A DNA stretch of 64,000 nt, from positions 37,944,001 to 38,008,000 of the forward strand of contig OZ024745.1 in NCBI GenBank assembly GCA_964016885.1, in the 5' to 3' direction. The DNA comes from Eledone cirrhosa (lineage: Eukaryota). A model generated the notes under the pieces. That model was not told where the DNA came from and made no database searches. It was given only the letters and a program-made list of their open reading frames with translations. Shown here in pieces: positions 28,290 to 44,177 of the stretch. The position numbers were made by a program, and so were the translations under genes. Each line of letters starts with the position of its first letter. Within the stretch, counting starts at the first letter, position 1.

Positions 28290-28520
28290 ATATCTATAGA
28301 TCTGTATTATCCATCAACTAATGTCCTTAGCTGTGAAATCTTTAGCGTCCATCATGAAGAATGAATGATTCACTCCAACAAATCTGATGATGAAGTGAGA
28401 TACTGCTATGATTTCTTGCTTGCGTACGAGCTAACCCAAATTGCTGATAAGCCCGCACTTGTTCATTACGTTAAGGGTCAATTGTCCAATAACTTGACCT
28501 CTTCCTCACCACATATTTGT
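28290..28520 (+). pseudogene. Degraded APE endonuclease fragment of a CR1/Jockey-like LINE
   Basis: FSVHHEE*..HSNKSDDE...AYELTQIADKP resembles GDFNxH...LxQxVxxPT. Confidence 0.45.
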
Positions 28521-29239
28521 GGGTGTAAAAATCCCGCAAGAAGTCAAAGCTTTTGTTTGTAGCTTCCCTTAAATCTGGCAATAGGTACCTAAATATAATT
28601 AAATAAAAATTATTAACATTTTATCTTCAATATATCATTATACAACGGGTGCTGTAGAAATACATTCTTTAAAATTCATGGAAAAATTTTGAAAGTCTGG
28701 TGTACGTGATTACGTCGTTACTTCCTTTTATGATTTAGTAGACATAGTCTAAAAACACGTTTGTTTATTCAAATGTTTCAAATGTTTCAACCCGTAGGGA
28801 AATAGTACGCAAAAATTGCACAAAACTATGGGATGCAGCCATAGTGACGTTATGCTCATACGGTTTCATGCAGCAGATGAGGTTAAGACATGGTTCTAAA
28901 CAACATCTGCCTCACGTATAACAAAACGAAGACAATTTCTGAATAGCTGCCTAAAAAAGGGAATACAAAAGCTTCTCATCATAATTCAATAGCCTTCTTT
29001 TCTTCAATGCATCACTTTATCTAACTATTCTCTCTGGAGCTATGAAAATAATTCCACATACACATACAGTTAACTTGTCAGCTCAATAATTCTGTAATCC
29101 ACCTACTCGTACAGTCAAATCTTTTTTTTTATTTGACTTTCCAATCGCTTGTTCCAGCAAACATGCATAAACAGGTTACACATTCATGCATACATTACAT
29201 ATATACATACATTTATACATACATGCATACATACATACA

Positions 29240-29438
29240 TGGTGGCTGCCAACTCGTTTTCGAGTACGGCCACTACTTTATATCCATGTAGGAGAACGAG
29301 TGTGACATTTTAGTCCAGCCAGCGACTTGAAAACTCTGGTACAATCACTACACTTGTGACAATTATTGACACATAGTGCTGGGCCCATGGTACCATGTGA
29401 CGACAAGTGCAGAGATCTCCAGATATAAAGCAATGCCT
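29240..29438 (-). mobile_element. 3' end of RTE-like LINE in (TACA)n; longer copy at 32720-33058 (+)
   Basis: Inverted match to 32837-33058, which encodes CHKCSVCTRVFKSLAGLKSHTRSAHR* and ends ggcagccaccat. Confidence 0.75.
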
Positions 29439-29576
29439 ACATACATACATACATACATGCGTACATATATACATACATACATGCGTACATATATACATAC
29501 ATACATAGCAATGCCTACATACATACATATATACCTTCATATATACATGCGTACATATATACATATATACATACAT

Positions 29577-30336
29577 GATGGCTGCCCCCTCGTTATCGAG
29601 TATGGCCATTGCACGAGGAGAAAAAAAAAATAATAATAAATAAATAATAATAAAAAAAAAGAAATATATATATATATATATATATACATATACATACACA
29701 TATACACACACACACATACACACTCACACACACATACACACACACAGACATTAATAACAATAATAATAATAATAATAACAACAATAATAATAACGACAAC
29801 AACAATAATAATATACATATACATATATATATACACACACACGCACACACATAAGCATATCTACACACACACACACACACGATAGCAACTAACAGCGCTG
29901 CGATCGAATGTGGCTTTTTAGCCCAGCCAATGATCTAAAATGTCTTGCACAGAGTCGGCAACCAAAACATTCACTGGGAATAGTCGGCTGTGGTTGGAGT
30001 TCGTGTACTTTTGCATGTCGCTTGAGCCCTCCTGCTGATTTACATTCTCTACCACATGTTTGGCAAGCATGATGAGTAGCATCTCCAACAGCAGCCTGGT
30101 AGTCAACCACTGGTCTTACTTTATGACTGCGAAGATGACTTTCCAGTCCAGCTTTGCTTAGGCAGAGTCTCGCACATACGCTGCATGTCAGCACCATAGG
30201 AGGACCCTCGCCGTCTGGAAGTGCAACAGCAATGCCCTTCCTCACATCCCGCTTTACTTTCTCGTGTGCGATTCGAGATGCCTCAACGGCAACTTTTCCC
30301 TCATATACAGTCTTTCTCCATTTATTACGATCAGCA
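29577..30336 (-). mobile_element. 5'-truncated RTE(BovB)-like LINE 3' end with three C2H2 zinc fingers and a microsatellite-rich 3' UTR
   Basis: ADRNKWRKTV...CSVCARLCLSKAGLESHLRSH...CQTCGRECKSAGGLKRHAKVH...CRLCARHFRSLAGLKSHIRS* (29889-30336); terminus ggcagccatc-atgtatg. Confidence 0.75.
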
Positions 30337-30679
30337 TACATACATTTATACATACATGCATACATACATACATACATACATACATGCGTACATACATGCG
30401 TACATATATACATACATACATACATACAGGCTACACATTCATGCATACATTACATATATACATACATACATTTTTACATACATGCATACATACATACATA
30501 CATACATACATACATACATACATACATACATACATACATACAACATTTGCAAACCATTCTTGCGATTCAAGGGATGACAATTTCTTTTCTTTTACAACCT
30601 TGCCACCAGTAGGTGACCGGTCAAAAAAATAAACTCGAAATTAAGAGAAAGAGATAACATACATACATGCGTACATATA

Positions 30680-30715
<36 letters not shown>

Positions 30716-31806
30716 CATGATAACTGCCACAGGAGCCGGTCATATCTTCAATAAATTCTCTGCTATTATTAAGCACCACCAACTGCAGGCTGCTGGACAG
30801 TTTGATGACTGAACAGACTTTGTTTAGGTCACCTTTTCTAGACCCTTCCAATGTGGTATGGGTGAGTAGTGTGTTAAAAAAAGGGCTACTCAGATGCTCA
30901 AAACTCCACCTCAGCATGCTGCTGTACGTACGCATGTATGTATGTGCCAGCACATATGTACGTATGTATGTTTTTATGTTCCTATACAAATGCATGTAAG
31001 CATATATGTGTGTGTGTAAGGATGTGCGTGAATATATGTAAGAGTGTGTATCTTACATATATTACTATGTATATGCGTATGTTTTATGTATTCATCTATA
31101 TGTACATACACAAGCATTCAAACAACCGAACATGAATACAAACATACATTCATACGAGCAGACATATACATACATGTATGATATATAATTGTTTCTACTT
31201 TAGGCACAAGGCCAGCCATACCCAGTTCATTACTGGTACATTAATTAAAGATCCTTGTACATCGGTCTAGAATTATACAACTGACAATTCATTAAAATAC
31301 TTCCCTTTGATTTTCACCTTTCCATTAAAGAATTACTGACATGAGCGTAAATTTGATTTGTCCAACCACTTTACTACTTTCAGAAATATACACACCCAGC
31401 CTGTTTGAAATCACTGTGTGTGTTCGTTAATGGATTCTTTCACGGAAGTAAAATGCCATAAGAAAACATAGAAACTCATGTATAATTTGTGTAAGAGATT
31501 ATAGCTCCTGTCTGTAAACAAGAGATGATTGGAACGCGAAAAAATCCTTTAATTTTTGAACTTGGTTGATATGATTTCTATTATTCTAATGCTACTACAT
31601 ATAAACTGAATACAAACTAACGGTTATTCAATGTACTGCTAGAAAATGATATCTACAATTCTACTGTACCGCTAATATACTCTATACACACATACACTTA
31701 TATGATAGACTATTTCATTCATATCTTCACGACAGTGAATATTATCGAGGTCAAATTCTAGTATTAAATATATTCAATTATAAAACACACTTGGCCTCAC
31801 CCATAT

Positions 31807-31911
<105 letters not shown>

Positions 31912-32050
31912 GGTAACATGCTCACACGCACTTATATATATATATTTATATATATATATATATATATACACGGGGTAACAAACAAATAATAGTTATATGC
32001 AGTCCACTTAGGTGTAGTCCAGTTATGGTACTCCGTGTCACTCTTCTTTC

Positions 32051-32151
<101 letters not shown>

Positions 32152-32322
32152 TTAGTACATCTACCAACATATGTGTACAGATGTACACTAATGCTAGCAA
32201 ATATATAAGTTATGTCAAAGTACCTAGGTGGTTCTATGCAGGGGGATGAAGAATAATTATATGAAAGACGTAAAATAAGAAAATTTAAAAAATTAAAAAT
32301 TAACTTACTTACTAAAATTTTC

Positions 32323-32404
32323 ACTCCAACTAATTAGTTTCTGTAATGGGATAAATATAGTTTCACAATATAACTATCGAGAATTCATTACGTCATCAGG
32401 GAGT
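32323..32404 (-). ncRNA. Type I hammerhead ribozyme (homolog of 16331)
   Basis: actcc-CTGATGA-c-gtaatg...cattac-a-GAAA-ctaattag-TT-ggagt. Confidence 0.8.
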
Positions 32405-32521
32405 CTATTCTCAGCTAAGTTCCCAGGCAATGCGCGGACACTAGGAACCCATATAAAAATAATGGGGAGATACGGTACTTCGGACCTAATGTATATATAT
32501 ATATATATGTGTGCATGTATG

Positions 32522-32557
<36 letters not shown>

Positions 32558-32719
32558 TGTATGTATGTATGTATGTATGTATGTATGTATGTATGTATGT
32601 TCTTCTGGTTTTATAATTTCACAAAGTTTTACCAATAGAGAGAGAGTCGGTTGTATGTATGTATGTATGTATGTATGTATGTATGTATGTATGTATGTAT
32701 GTATGTATAACACCTGCAA

Positions 32720-33056
32720 GCCTGATGGTATCCAATGATGTTGACTTGTTCTTCTTTTTGGTAAATATCATCTTGGTTAAGAGAGTGGGACTGGCTTAGT
32801 GCAGTGCCTTTGCTCACTATAAAAGCTTCACGGCACAGGCATTGCTTTATATCTGGAGATCTCTCTGCACTTGTCGTCACATGGTACCATGAGCCCAGCA
32901 CTATGTGTCAATAATTGTCATAAGTGTAGTGTTTGTACCAGAGTTTTCAAGTCGCTGGCTGGACTAAAAAGTCACACTCGTTCAGCGCATCGGTAGGGGG
33001 TTCTCCTACATGGATATAAAGTAGTGGCCGTACACGAAAACGAGTTGGCAGCCACC

Positions 33057-33058
<2 letters not shown>
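32720..33058 (+). mobile_element. 3' end of RTE-like LINE with C2H2 finger
   Basis: CSVCTRVFKSLAGLKSHTRSAH followed by a short 3' UTR, flanked by (TATG)n/(TA)n. Confidence 0.7.
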
Positions 33059-33110
<52 letters not shown>

Positions 33111-33117
<7 letters not shown>

Positions 33118-33833
33118 TAAAAGGAATTCCAGCTTTGTCTGATTTACTCGTTTTATTTACAATCCTTTAAAATTATAATGATATTATAATGAAATAGTAT
33201 GGTAGAATATTAAGTGTTAAATGTTAATGGAACAAGTAACTTCATGCTTGCATGACTACTGCTAATATGACTACGCCTACGACCATATCGACTACCACCA
33301 CTAACAACAACAATAATAAAGATAATAATAATAATAATAATAATAATAAAAGTGTTGTTGATGTTGATGATTACTGAAGATTTTTTATAAAAACCCTAGA
33401 AAATGCTATTTTCATCATTTCTAAAAATAGCAAAACAATTAATGCTTTGGATAGGGTCAAATAGAAGTCGTTAGACATACTCAACCAACCGTGACACCTA
33501 AACCAATCAGCTTTAGTAATCTTGTGAAACTACACACCGATTGGTCGAAATAGAGTTTGTAAAACTTAGCATTCTGTAGCCCCTTTTTACTGTATATAAG
33601 GCACAGATTTTACCCATCTCATTACAGTCTAAAATTGCAAACTTGACTGTCACCACTGAATATGAACCTGAAGATTGGGAAAGCATGAAAGTCCTTGTTC
33701 AATTAACATTTAACACTTAATATTCTACCATACTATTTCATTATAAATGTTTGTAAATAAAACGAGTAAATCAGACAAAGTTGTAATTCCTTTTATTAAT
33801 ATTATCTTCTATACACAATCATACACACCCGTG
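33111..33833 (+). mobile_element. Fold-back HHR element in (TA)n
   Basis: 33111-33249 inverted to 33681-33802; HHR-like gaac-CTGAAGA-...-GAAA-gtcc-TT-gttc at 33664-33700. Confidence 0.65.
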
Positions 33834-33839
33834 TATATA

Positions 33840-33883
<44 letters not shown>

Positions 33884-34832
33884 GAAATATATGGAGAATA
33901 GAAATGCCTGTGTAGTTGCTATTTAAGGTAAATTAAAATGCAGTGGGAATACGAAGAAAGCAAGAACAGGGGGGTCCTCATCAGTTGCCTACTGGGGGTC
34001 TCGGATATTTCTACGCTTTAAAGACAATATACCGCGCCCCAGGGCGTCAATAACTGGATAAGATATTGGGAAAATGAAGGAAGAAGGGAAGGAAAGCAAA
34101 GGGAAAAAAAAGTAAAAACAGTAACAAAACAGCGAAAAAACAACAACAAACCGAGCAATATGCAAGCAACTATAGGTAGGAGATCCAAAACCACTCGATA
34201 AGACAACTTAAGTTCAAGACTGAGTGGTTGAGAGGAGAAAAACACGTCCGATCGACGCAGTTGTAAGTGAGAAGAGAACTGCTAAACGGTCAGGCGAGGG
34301 GGTGAAGGTGAGAGGGAGAAAGGGAGGGGAAGAATAAGGGGTGAGAGTAGAAAGTAGCGAAATATGTAGCTAGAAGGGGAGTGAAGAATGGTCACAGCGA
34401 AAAACATGATGAAATATATGGAGATTATATATATACATACAGTGGTGGACTGGCCAGGTTGTCATGTTGCCCAATGGCAAGTGAGCCCCAGGGGGGCCAC
34501 GGTAGCATTGCAAGGCCCACTGTAGTATGTTAGGGGTCAATGCTTTGCTTTAAAAAAATACCTGAAGTCTAAGAGAAAGAATAAATCTTTAAAAATAAAT
34601 AAATAAAACAATTAAGCAATGCATTTGGTCAACCAATTCCCCGGGGAATTAATAGAAACCAAAATATATGATAGTGTAGATAGCTGAAATCAATGGCTAT
34701 ACATTCTACTAAATCTAAAGCTTAGTGTATTCATGCATGCTTGAAAATATACATATACAGACACACACATTCAAGCATATATATATATGTATATATATAC
34801 ATACTTACACATACACACGAACTACTGACCAA

Positions 34833-35020
34833 ATAATTGTTTCTACATTTGGCACAAGGCCAGCAATTACCGAGTGCAATACTGGTACTTTATTTTATCG
34901 ACCCCGTAAGGATGAAAGGCAAAGTTAACCTCGGCGGGATTTGAACACAGAATGGCAAGGGCCGTAACTCTGTGCGTCAAAGCATGGCGTCCGACCCTCT
35001 ACCGATACTGCCAATCCACC
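34833..35020 (-). mobile_element. tRNA-derived SINE
   Basis: Near-identical to the reverse complement of the 1403 copy. Confidence 0.85.
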
Positions 35021-35048
35021 TGGGTTAAAGACATCTGTATTTAACCAA

Positions 35049-35384
35049 TTTTAACTTTAATTTTGAAAGTAGGTTTATAAGTATGATTTTTCATTAGATT
35101 ATTGTAGCTTTTCAGTGAACTAGCGGTAGGTACTAGAGACGGTGGAGATCATGGTCTTCGGTAGAATCCTGGTTGAGAAATACATGTAATCTTTTTTCAG
35201 TTTTTATTTTACATCCCATAGGAAAAAACTTAAAAAGTTTACCGAGAAACGTACTCCTGACCAGGACTGAACTCAGATCAGGATCACCACCGTATAAGAT
35301 TCATCCAACTAGGCCGCTGAGACAGCTACAAAAGAATAATAAAAATTAATAATTATAAACATACTTTCAAAATCAACGTTAAAA
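35049..35384. mobile_element. Degenerate palindromic MITE-like element
   Basis: ttttaactttaattttgaaagtaggtttataa pairs with ttataaacatactttcaaaatcaacgttaaaa; internal segments also pair. Confidence 0.55.
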
Positions 35385-35528
35385 GGTTGTGCTGCCGTTC
35401 ATGGCTTTCGTAGAGATATTAGTCATATTTAGGGTCGACTTACCAATCTTCTGTCTAAGAAGAATACACATAGGAATAAGGTAACTACCTCATTCCTATG
35501 TGTGTTTAACTGTTGAATTAATTTAATC

Positions 35529-36265
35529 TGATTATTTATCAAACAAATAATATATATATATATAAAAGAAATAGAATTTCGCTTCAAGCATAGCTTTATA
35601 CAATATGTATAAATATTTCGTATCTCCAAAGAAATACATTTTTAGGAAGCCGTAGTTATGCAAACACCTGGAGGGGGGCTTAAAGCTTGTGGTGATGTCC
35701 AGCAGAAGCAAGGGGGACAACCGTCTATGCATTTCAGGCTTAACTGGCCTTCGTCAGGACGGTCCCTCCGACCCCTTGCGACTGCTGGACTAGAAGACAG
35801 CTGAGAATATATACTTTTCTCGTCTGTGTAAATGAGGTGATTAATCTCATTTGCATATGAAGCTGCATAAGTTGGCTCAACTTATAATAAAAAAGAAATA
35901 CGATTTCGCTTCAAGCATAGCTTTATACAATATGTATAAATCCTATTTCTTTTTTATTATAAGTTGAGCCAACTTCATATGCAAATGAGATTAATCACCT
36001 CATTTACACAGACGAGAAAAGTATATATTCTCAGCTGTCTTCTAGTCCTGCAATCGCAAGCGGTGGGAGGGACCTCCTGACGAAGGCCAGTTAAGCCTGA
36101 TATGCATAGACGCTTGTCCCCCTTGCTTCTGCTGTACATCACCAGAGGGCGTTAGCCGCCAGGTGTTTTCATACCTACGGCTTCCTAAAACTGTATTTCT
36201 TTGGAGCTACGAAATATTTATACATATATATATATATATATATTATTTGTTTGTTAAAATAATCA
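35529..36265. mobile_element. Palindromic HHR element: ~1.15 copies of a 327-bp unit plus an inverted copy
   Basis: Direct repeat 35564-35614 / 35891-35941; 35942-36225 inverted to 35605-35900; outer inverted termini tgattattt...aaacaaataa. Confidence 0.8.
35720..35763 (-). ncRNA. Minimal type I hammerhead ribozyme (degenerate partner at 36071-36112 +)
   Basis: accgtc-CTGACGA-aggc(cagttaa)gcct-GAAA-tgca-TA-gacggt; all stems perfectly paired. Confidence 0.85.
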
Positions 36266-36318
36266 AGATCCCGTTAAGTGTGAATGCAGCGATTCTTTGC
36301 TTACACATTAATCTGTTA

Positions 36319-36360
<42 letters not shown>

Positions 36361-36387
36361 TTGTTGTAGATATATATATATATAAAT

Positions 36388-36434
<47 letters not shown>

Positions 36435-36774
36435 TAGATATAGAGAGTGAGTGTGAAAGACCAAAGGTCATTATTGAAAGTCCCTGGATTTCCCGCAAAA
36501 ATCTGATTATGTATGTTTTGAAAATGTTATTTATTCATTATAAAAGTTATATGATAGTATACTATATGTAGGTGGGCCCCCTTCATCTGGCAAACAACAT
36601 TTTTAGAACCAGTCCGCCACTGTATACATATATATATATAAATAAATATGTATGTGTGTCATGGGTGGGGGTGGGGGGTTATGCGTGCGTGTATTTGTGT
36701 GTGTGTGTGAGTGTTTTATGTATACTAGCTTGAGCTCGTATTCTTACAGAACTTATTTAGTTTTTATTATAAGT

Positions 36775-37157
36775 GATTGGCAGTATCGGTAGAGGGTCAG
36801 ACGCCATGCTTTGACGCATAGAGTTACGGCCCTTGCCATTCTGAGTTCAAATCCCGCCGAGGTTAACTTTGCCTTTCATCCTTATGGGGTCGATAAAATG
36901 AAGTACCAGTAATACACTGGTGATTGCTGGCCTTGTGCCTAACGTAGAAACAATTATAACTGTATGTATATAATTATTTCTACTTTTGACACAAGGCCAG
37001 CAATTATCCCAGTGTATTACTGGTACTTTACTTTATCGACCCTGTAAGGATGAAAGGCACAGTTAACCTCGGAGGGATTTAAATTCAGACCATAAAGGGG
37101 CGTAACTCTATGCTGCAAAGCATGGCGTCTGACCTTCTACTGATACTGCCAATCCAC
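36775..37157. mobile_element. Tail-to-tail inverted SINE pair (36775-36957 +, 36970-37157 -)
   Basis: Two near-full SINE copies in opposite orientation, ~12 bp apart. Confidence 0.85.
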
Positions 37158-37466
37158 ATTTCTATTGCCAATCCGCAATAGATAAACATACACAGGAGAA
37201 AAAGCGAGAGAAATACAAACACAGACGATACCGTCCCCGCGGTATACTTCCATTTACTCTAAAAGTCCTTATATATCCATATTCCACTGATTATGCCCAT
37301 ATTTGTATCATTAAGCAAGAACTATTCAGACGCTTTAATGTTATTTCATTCGGCACGCGTTGTTGCCTTTATTTAATTGAAAATTCTATTTCATGTATCT
37401 TTTACATTTATGCTATAATTAAACACGATTATCGCTCTCGCTCTCTCTCTCTCTCTCCCCCTTTCT

Positions 37467-37497
<31 letters not shown>

Positions 37498-37592
37498 CAT
37501 ATATATATGTGTGTGTGTGTGTGTTTGTGTTTATGCTTCTTTATATACTGTATATATACGCGTGTCTCTTTTTCTATTTCTCTCTCTCTTTC

Positions 37593-37651
<59 letters not shown>

Positions 37652-38255
37652 ATATACATGTATATATATATACATGTATATACACACACATATATATAAT
37701 ATATATCTACATTATATTTTATCTGATGAAAGCACACCTTAGTTTCACTTGGTGTCCTTGAAATATATAAAATGAAATAAATATGGTTTTATAAATATAG
37801 TTTCCATTTGCTAATATCGTATTTTTACTCCAATTATTTGTTGAGTGCTTTATATCAGTTATAAAAATATTTGCTTGTTGTATCCCAATAATTTAAATAG
37901 AACTTTTACATATATATATGTGTGTGTATATACAAGTATATATATATATATGCATATATATATATGTGTGTATATACATGTATATATATATATGCATATA
38001 CATGTATATATATATATATATACATGTATATACATATATCTATATACATGCATATATATATATACATTCTTTATTGAGGCCAAGCCTGAGTCAGAGAATC
38101 TTTTAATTCTTCCTCGAAATCATTACTATAATTAATTATGTTTTCTTTTTAATTATTTCTTTATTTTAATTATGTATTTGACTAACATCCTTCTTATCCC
38201 CCCCCCTCTTTGCTTTTTTGACTCTATTAATAAATCTTAAAAATATAAAACCCAC

Positions 38256-38299
<44 letters not shown>

Positions 38300-38349
38300 C
38301 TATATTTATATATATAATTAACAAAAAGGGGGTATTAAGATACCAGGTG

Positions 38350-38895
<546 letters not shown>

Positions 38896-39588
38896 GGATT
38901 TAAATGGATATAGTTCAGTTAAAAGGAATTTATTGACACGTGTTTCAATAACAGTTACATAACCTGAAAACAGCTGCTATCTACAAAGTATTAATTATGC
39001 AGACACTCAATATTTCAATGTTATTATCAACTGTCATTTCATCAGAATAATTTTATTGAGAACCTGTTTGGTTTTTATAGAGAATATTAAGAGGGAGGGG
39101 TGAAGTTTTTAGAAGAATAGTTAAGGGAGTGGATAGAGATATTTTTGATAGCAGTGAGAATCTTTTTTAGCAGTGAGTAATTAGATTCCCATCTGTTGTT
39201 TTGACATTTTTATAGAATACGTTATTTGGCGTTGGTTATTTTTCTAAATCTATAGAAGGATTAGAGATAGTAAAGATATGTATGGTTGGTTTTGTGTTTG
39301 CACTTAATTAACATACAGACTTAAATATTTCTTTCAAGTGTACGTATCCGTTCGCCCACACATTCACACACAAACATATATGCACACCTCTACAAAATAC
39401 ATACACTCACATACACATACTTACATGCTCATACTTACATACATATATACCTGCACATATATATATATACATATATATACATATATATATATACATACAT
39501 ACGCATTCATGTATATACATTTTCATACTCAACTTATCTTCATATACACACGTATAGGCACACACATATATACATACATACTCCTGTC

Positions 39589-39637
<49 letters not shown>

Positions 39638-40030
39638 ACTTTAATACATGAATACACATACATCTAACTATACACATCAAACATATATATATATTTACTT
39701 ATTTATATACATTTTCACATATATATACATACATATGCTCGCTTTTAGACACATTCATTATAGCATATTCGCACCTATTCTCATCAGCATATCTTTCCAT
39801 TATTAGTGTGGTAATTTAAGGTTATTAATATACATGTATATGTTGAGAAGAGATTGTTTTTATATTTTTCTAACTAGATTGAGGTTTATATAGTTGGGGG
39901 GATGTCCCTCTTTTATGTAATATTCAGCTTGTTGTGGGAAAAAAGGGTTTTAGTTCGGTGGCGGCAGAATAATGTTCGTTCAATTCTGTTATTAAGCAAT
40001 TTCTTCTTGTGTGTGATTATGTAATAAATA

Positions 40031-41660
40031 AAGACCCAAGAAGCAATAAGATGGTTTAATAGCATTAGCAATAAGAATAAATCTAAGTTTATCCAGTTTG
40101 ATATCGACGAATATTACTCATCGATATCACCTGAAACTCTGAATAGAGCCATTAAGTTTGCTAAGGACAACTCTGACCTTACAAACAAAGAAATTAAGAT
40201 TATATTAGAAGCTAGGAAAACTATAATCAAATTTGAGAACAGTTATTGGGTTCGTAAAGATAGACCTTCTAACTTTGACATAAAAATGGGCTCTAACGAT
40301 TCGGCGGAAATAACTGATATTGTGGGGTTATTTATCACCTTTAGACTCCAGGAAAAATTCAGTATCTCAACGGTGGAATATACCGCGACGATATTCTCCT
40401 CCTAGTTAAAAACCTAAATAACCAAAAACTAGAAAAACTACGCAAAGATATAAGAAAACTACTACTTGAAATAGGACTAACTATAACATATGAATACAAA
40501 CTTAAAGTAGTTAACTTCCTGGATGTAACACTCAATTTAAACTCTGGTCTGATTAAACCGCTTCATAAATTGAATGAAAATCTCAAGTACGTAAATGTTG
40601 GGTCTAACCACCCCATCTCTATAATTAAACCTATCCCTAAAAATATTTCCCTTAGAATCTCGGGTCTATCTTCTAACATACAGGTATTTAAGGAACATGC
40701 CGAGTACTACGATAACGCCCTTAGTAAAGCAGGCTACCTCAACAAAATAGAGTATATAGATGAAAACAATCAAAACACCCAAAATAAATCCCACATAGGT
40801 AGATATAATAACACAACACCAAACCACACTTACTACCATAGTATACACACCAGTAAACCAACAAACAAAACTAATAGAAAGCGATGCAAAGAGTACTTAT
40901 GGTATAACCCTGAATACAATAGTTCCATTAGTACAAATTTACCAGTACTCTTCTTTAAAATAGTTAAGAGACATTTCCCTACATCACACAAATACCACAA
41001 AATCCTAAACCGTACCACTATAAAACTGTCATACTCTACAGCGTTAAACCTCGAACAACACATAAAAAAGATCAATACTAGAAGGTTAAACGAAAACACT
41101 AAAAACTTAAGTACAAAGAACACAAAAAAACAGTAGACAATACACTACAGAACATAAATAAACCACACCTAAATTCGTCCGCAATACTACTCCAGAGTAA
41201 ACCTAACTACAAAACCAACGTACACAACTGTAACTGCACCTATCCTGACAACTGCCCCCTCGGCAATAACTGCCTGGAAAAAAATATCATCTATAAGTGT
41301 ACCATTGAATCCGGAGGCAACGAGTGGTATTACGTGGCATCAACGGCAACATCGCTTAAATCTCGATTATATAGGCATTCTTACTCAATAAAACTCCAGA
41401 GCCAAAGAAATGTAACAACTTTAGCAGAAAATTCTTGGACGCTCAGGGATAGCGATCAAAAGTTTACCCTAAAATGGGAGAAATTAGCTAAAACCCAAAG
41501 CTTTTCCAGGAGCCAAAATTTCTGCAAATTGTCTAATCTTGAGATTTATTACATAATCACACACAAGAAGAAATTGCTTAATAACAGAATTGAACGAACA
41601 TTATTCTGCCGCCACCGAACTAAAACCCTTTTTTCCCACTACAAGCTGAATATTACATAA
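40031..41660 (+). pseudogene. PLE RT + GIY-YIG endonuclease pseudogene (YRDD-type RT, possibly Nematis-like)
   Basis: FIQFDIDEYYSSI, MGSNDSAEI, GIYRDD (40381), NFLDVTL, SNHP, WYNPEY, CNC...CPL...C...IIYKC...YVAST...RLYRH; frameshifts and stops present. Confidence 0.9.
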
Positions 41661-41935
41661 AATAGGGACATCCCCCCAACTATATAAACCTCAATCTATT
41701 TAGAAAAATATAAAAACAATCTCTTCTCAACATATATATGTATATTAATAACCTTAAATTACCACACTAATAATGGAAAGATATGCTGATGAGAATAGGT
41801 GCGAATATGCTATAATGAATGTGTCTAAAAGCGAGCATATGTATGTATATATATGTGAAAATGTATATAAATAAGTAAATATATATATATGTTTGATGTG
41901 TATAGTTAGATGTATGTGTATTCATGTATTAAAGT

Positions 41936-41974
<39 letters not shown>

Positions 41975-42494
41975 GGAGTATTTATGTATATATGTGTGTG
42001 CCTATACGTGTGTATATGAAGATAAGTTGAGTATGAAAATGTATATACATGAATGCGTATGTATGTACATATATATATGTATATATATATGTGCAGGTAT
42101 ATATGTATGTAAGTATGAGCATGTAAGTATGTGTATGTGAGTGTATGTATTTTGTAGAGGTGTGCATATATGTTTGTGTGTGAATGTGTGGGCAAACGGA
42201 TACGTACACTTGAAAGAAAAAATTAAGTCTGTATGTTAATTAAGTGCAAACACAAAACCAACCATGCATATCTTTACTATCTCTAATCCTTCTATAGATT
42301 TAGAAAAATAACCAACGCCAAATAACGTATTCTATAAAAATGTTAAAACAACAGATGGGAATCTAATTACTCACTGCTACCAAAAATTCTCACTGCTATC
42401 AAAAAAATCTCTATCCACTCCCTTAACTATTCTTCTAAAAACTTCACCCCTCCCTCTTAATATTCTCTATAAAAACCAAACAGGTTCTCAATAA

Positions 42495-42554
42495 AATTAT
42501 TCTGATGAAATGACAGTTGATAATAACATTGAAATATTGAGTGTCTGCATAATT
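42495..42554 (+). ncRNA. Hammerhead-like motif in the pLTR (mirror copy ~38993-39052 -)
   Basis: CTGATGA-aatg...catt-GAAA-tattgagtg-TC; stem I imperfect (aattat/ataatt offset). Confidence 0.5.
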
Positions 42555-42761
42555 AATACTTTGTAGATAGCAGCTGTTTTCAGGTTATGTAACTGTTATT
42601 GAAACACGTGTCAATAAATTCCTTTTAACTGAACTGTATCCATTTAAATCCTTCTATTTTCTCCGGATTACTTTTGAAACTACAAATGGAACCGTCGAGC
42701 AAACTCTACGTGAGCTGTCCATCTACTGTGTGTAATATTCATATTACAACACTACGGAAAA

Positions 42762-44165
<1,404 letters not shown>

Positions 44166-44177
44166 TATTAATTCAAA

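Larger units (their letters stand above)
34440..36622. mobile_element. Non-autonomous hAT-type DNA transposon with nested insertions
   Basis: TIRs cagtggtggactgg / ccagtccgccactg (13/14 match); 8-bp TSD tatacata at 34432-34439 and 36623-36630. Confidence 0.75.

Noticed and set aside
29889-30446. Host C2H2 zinc-finger gene
   Set aside because: No TGEKP linkers, preceded by the RTE DRxxWR motif, N-terminus is microsatellite; better explained as a LINE 3' end.
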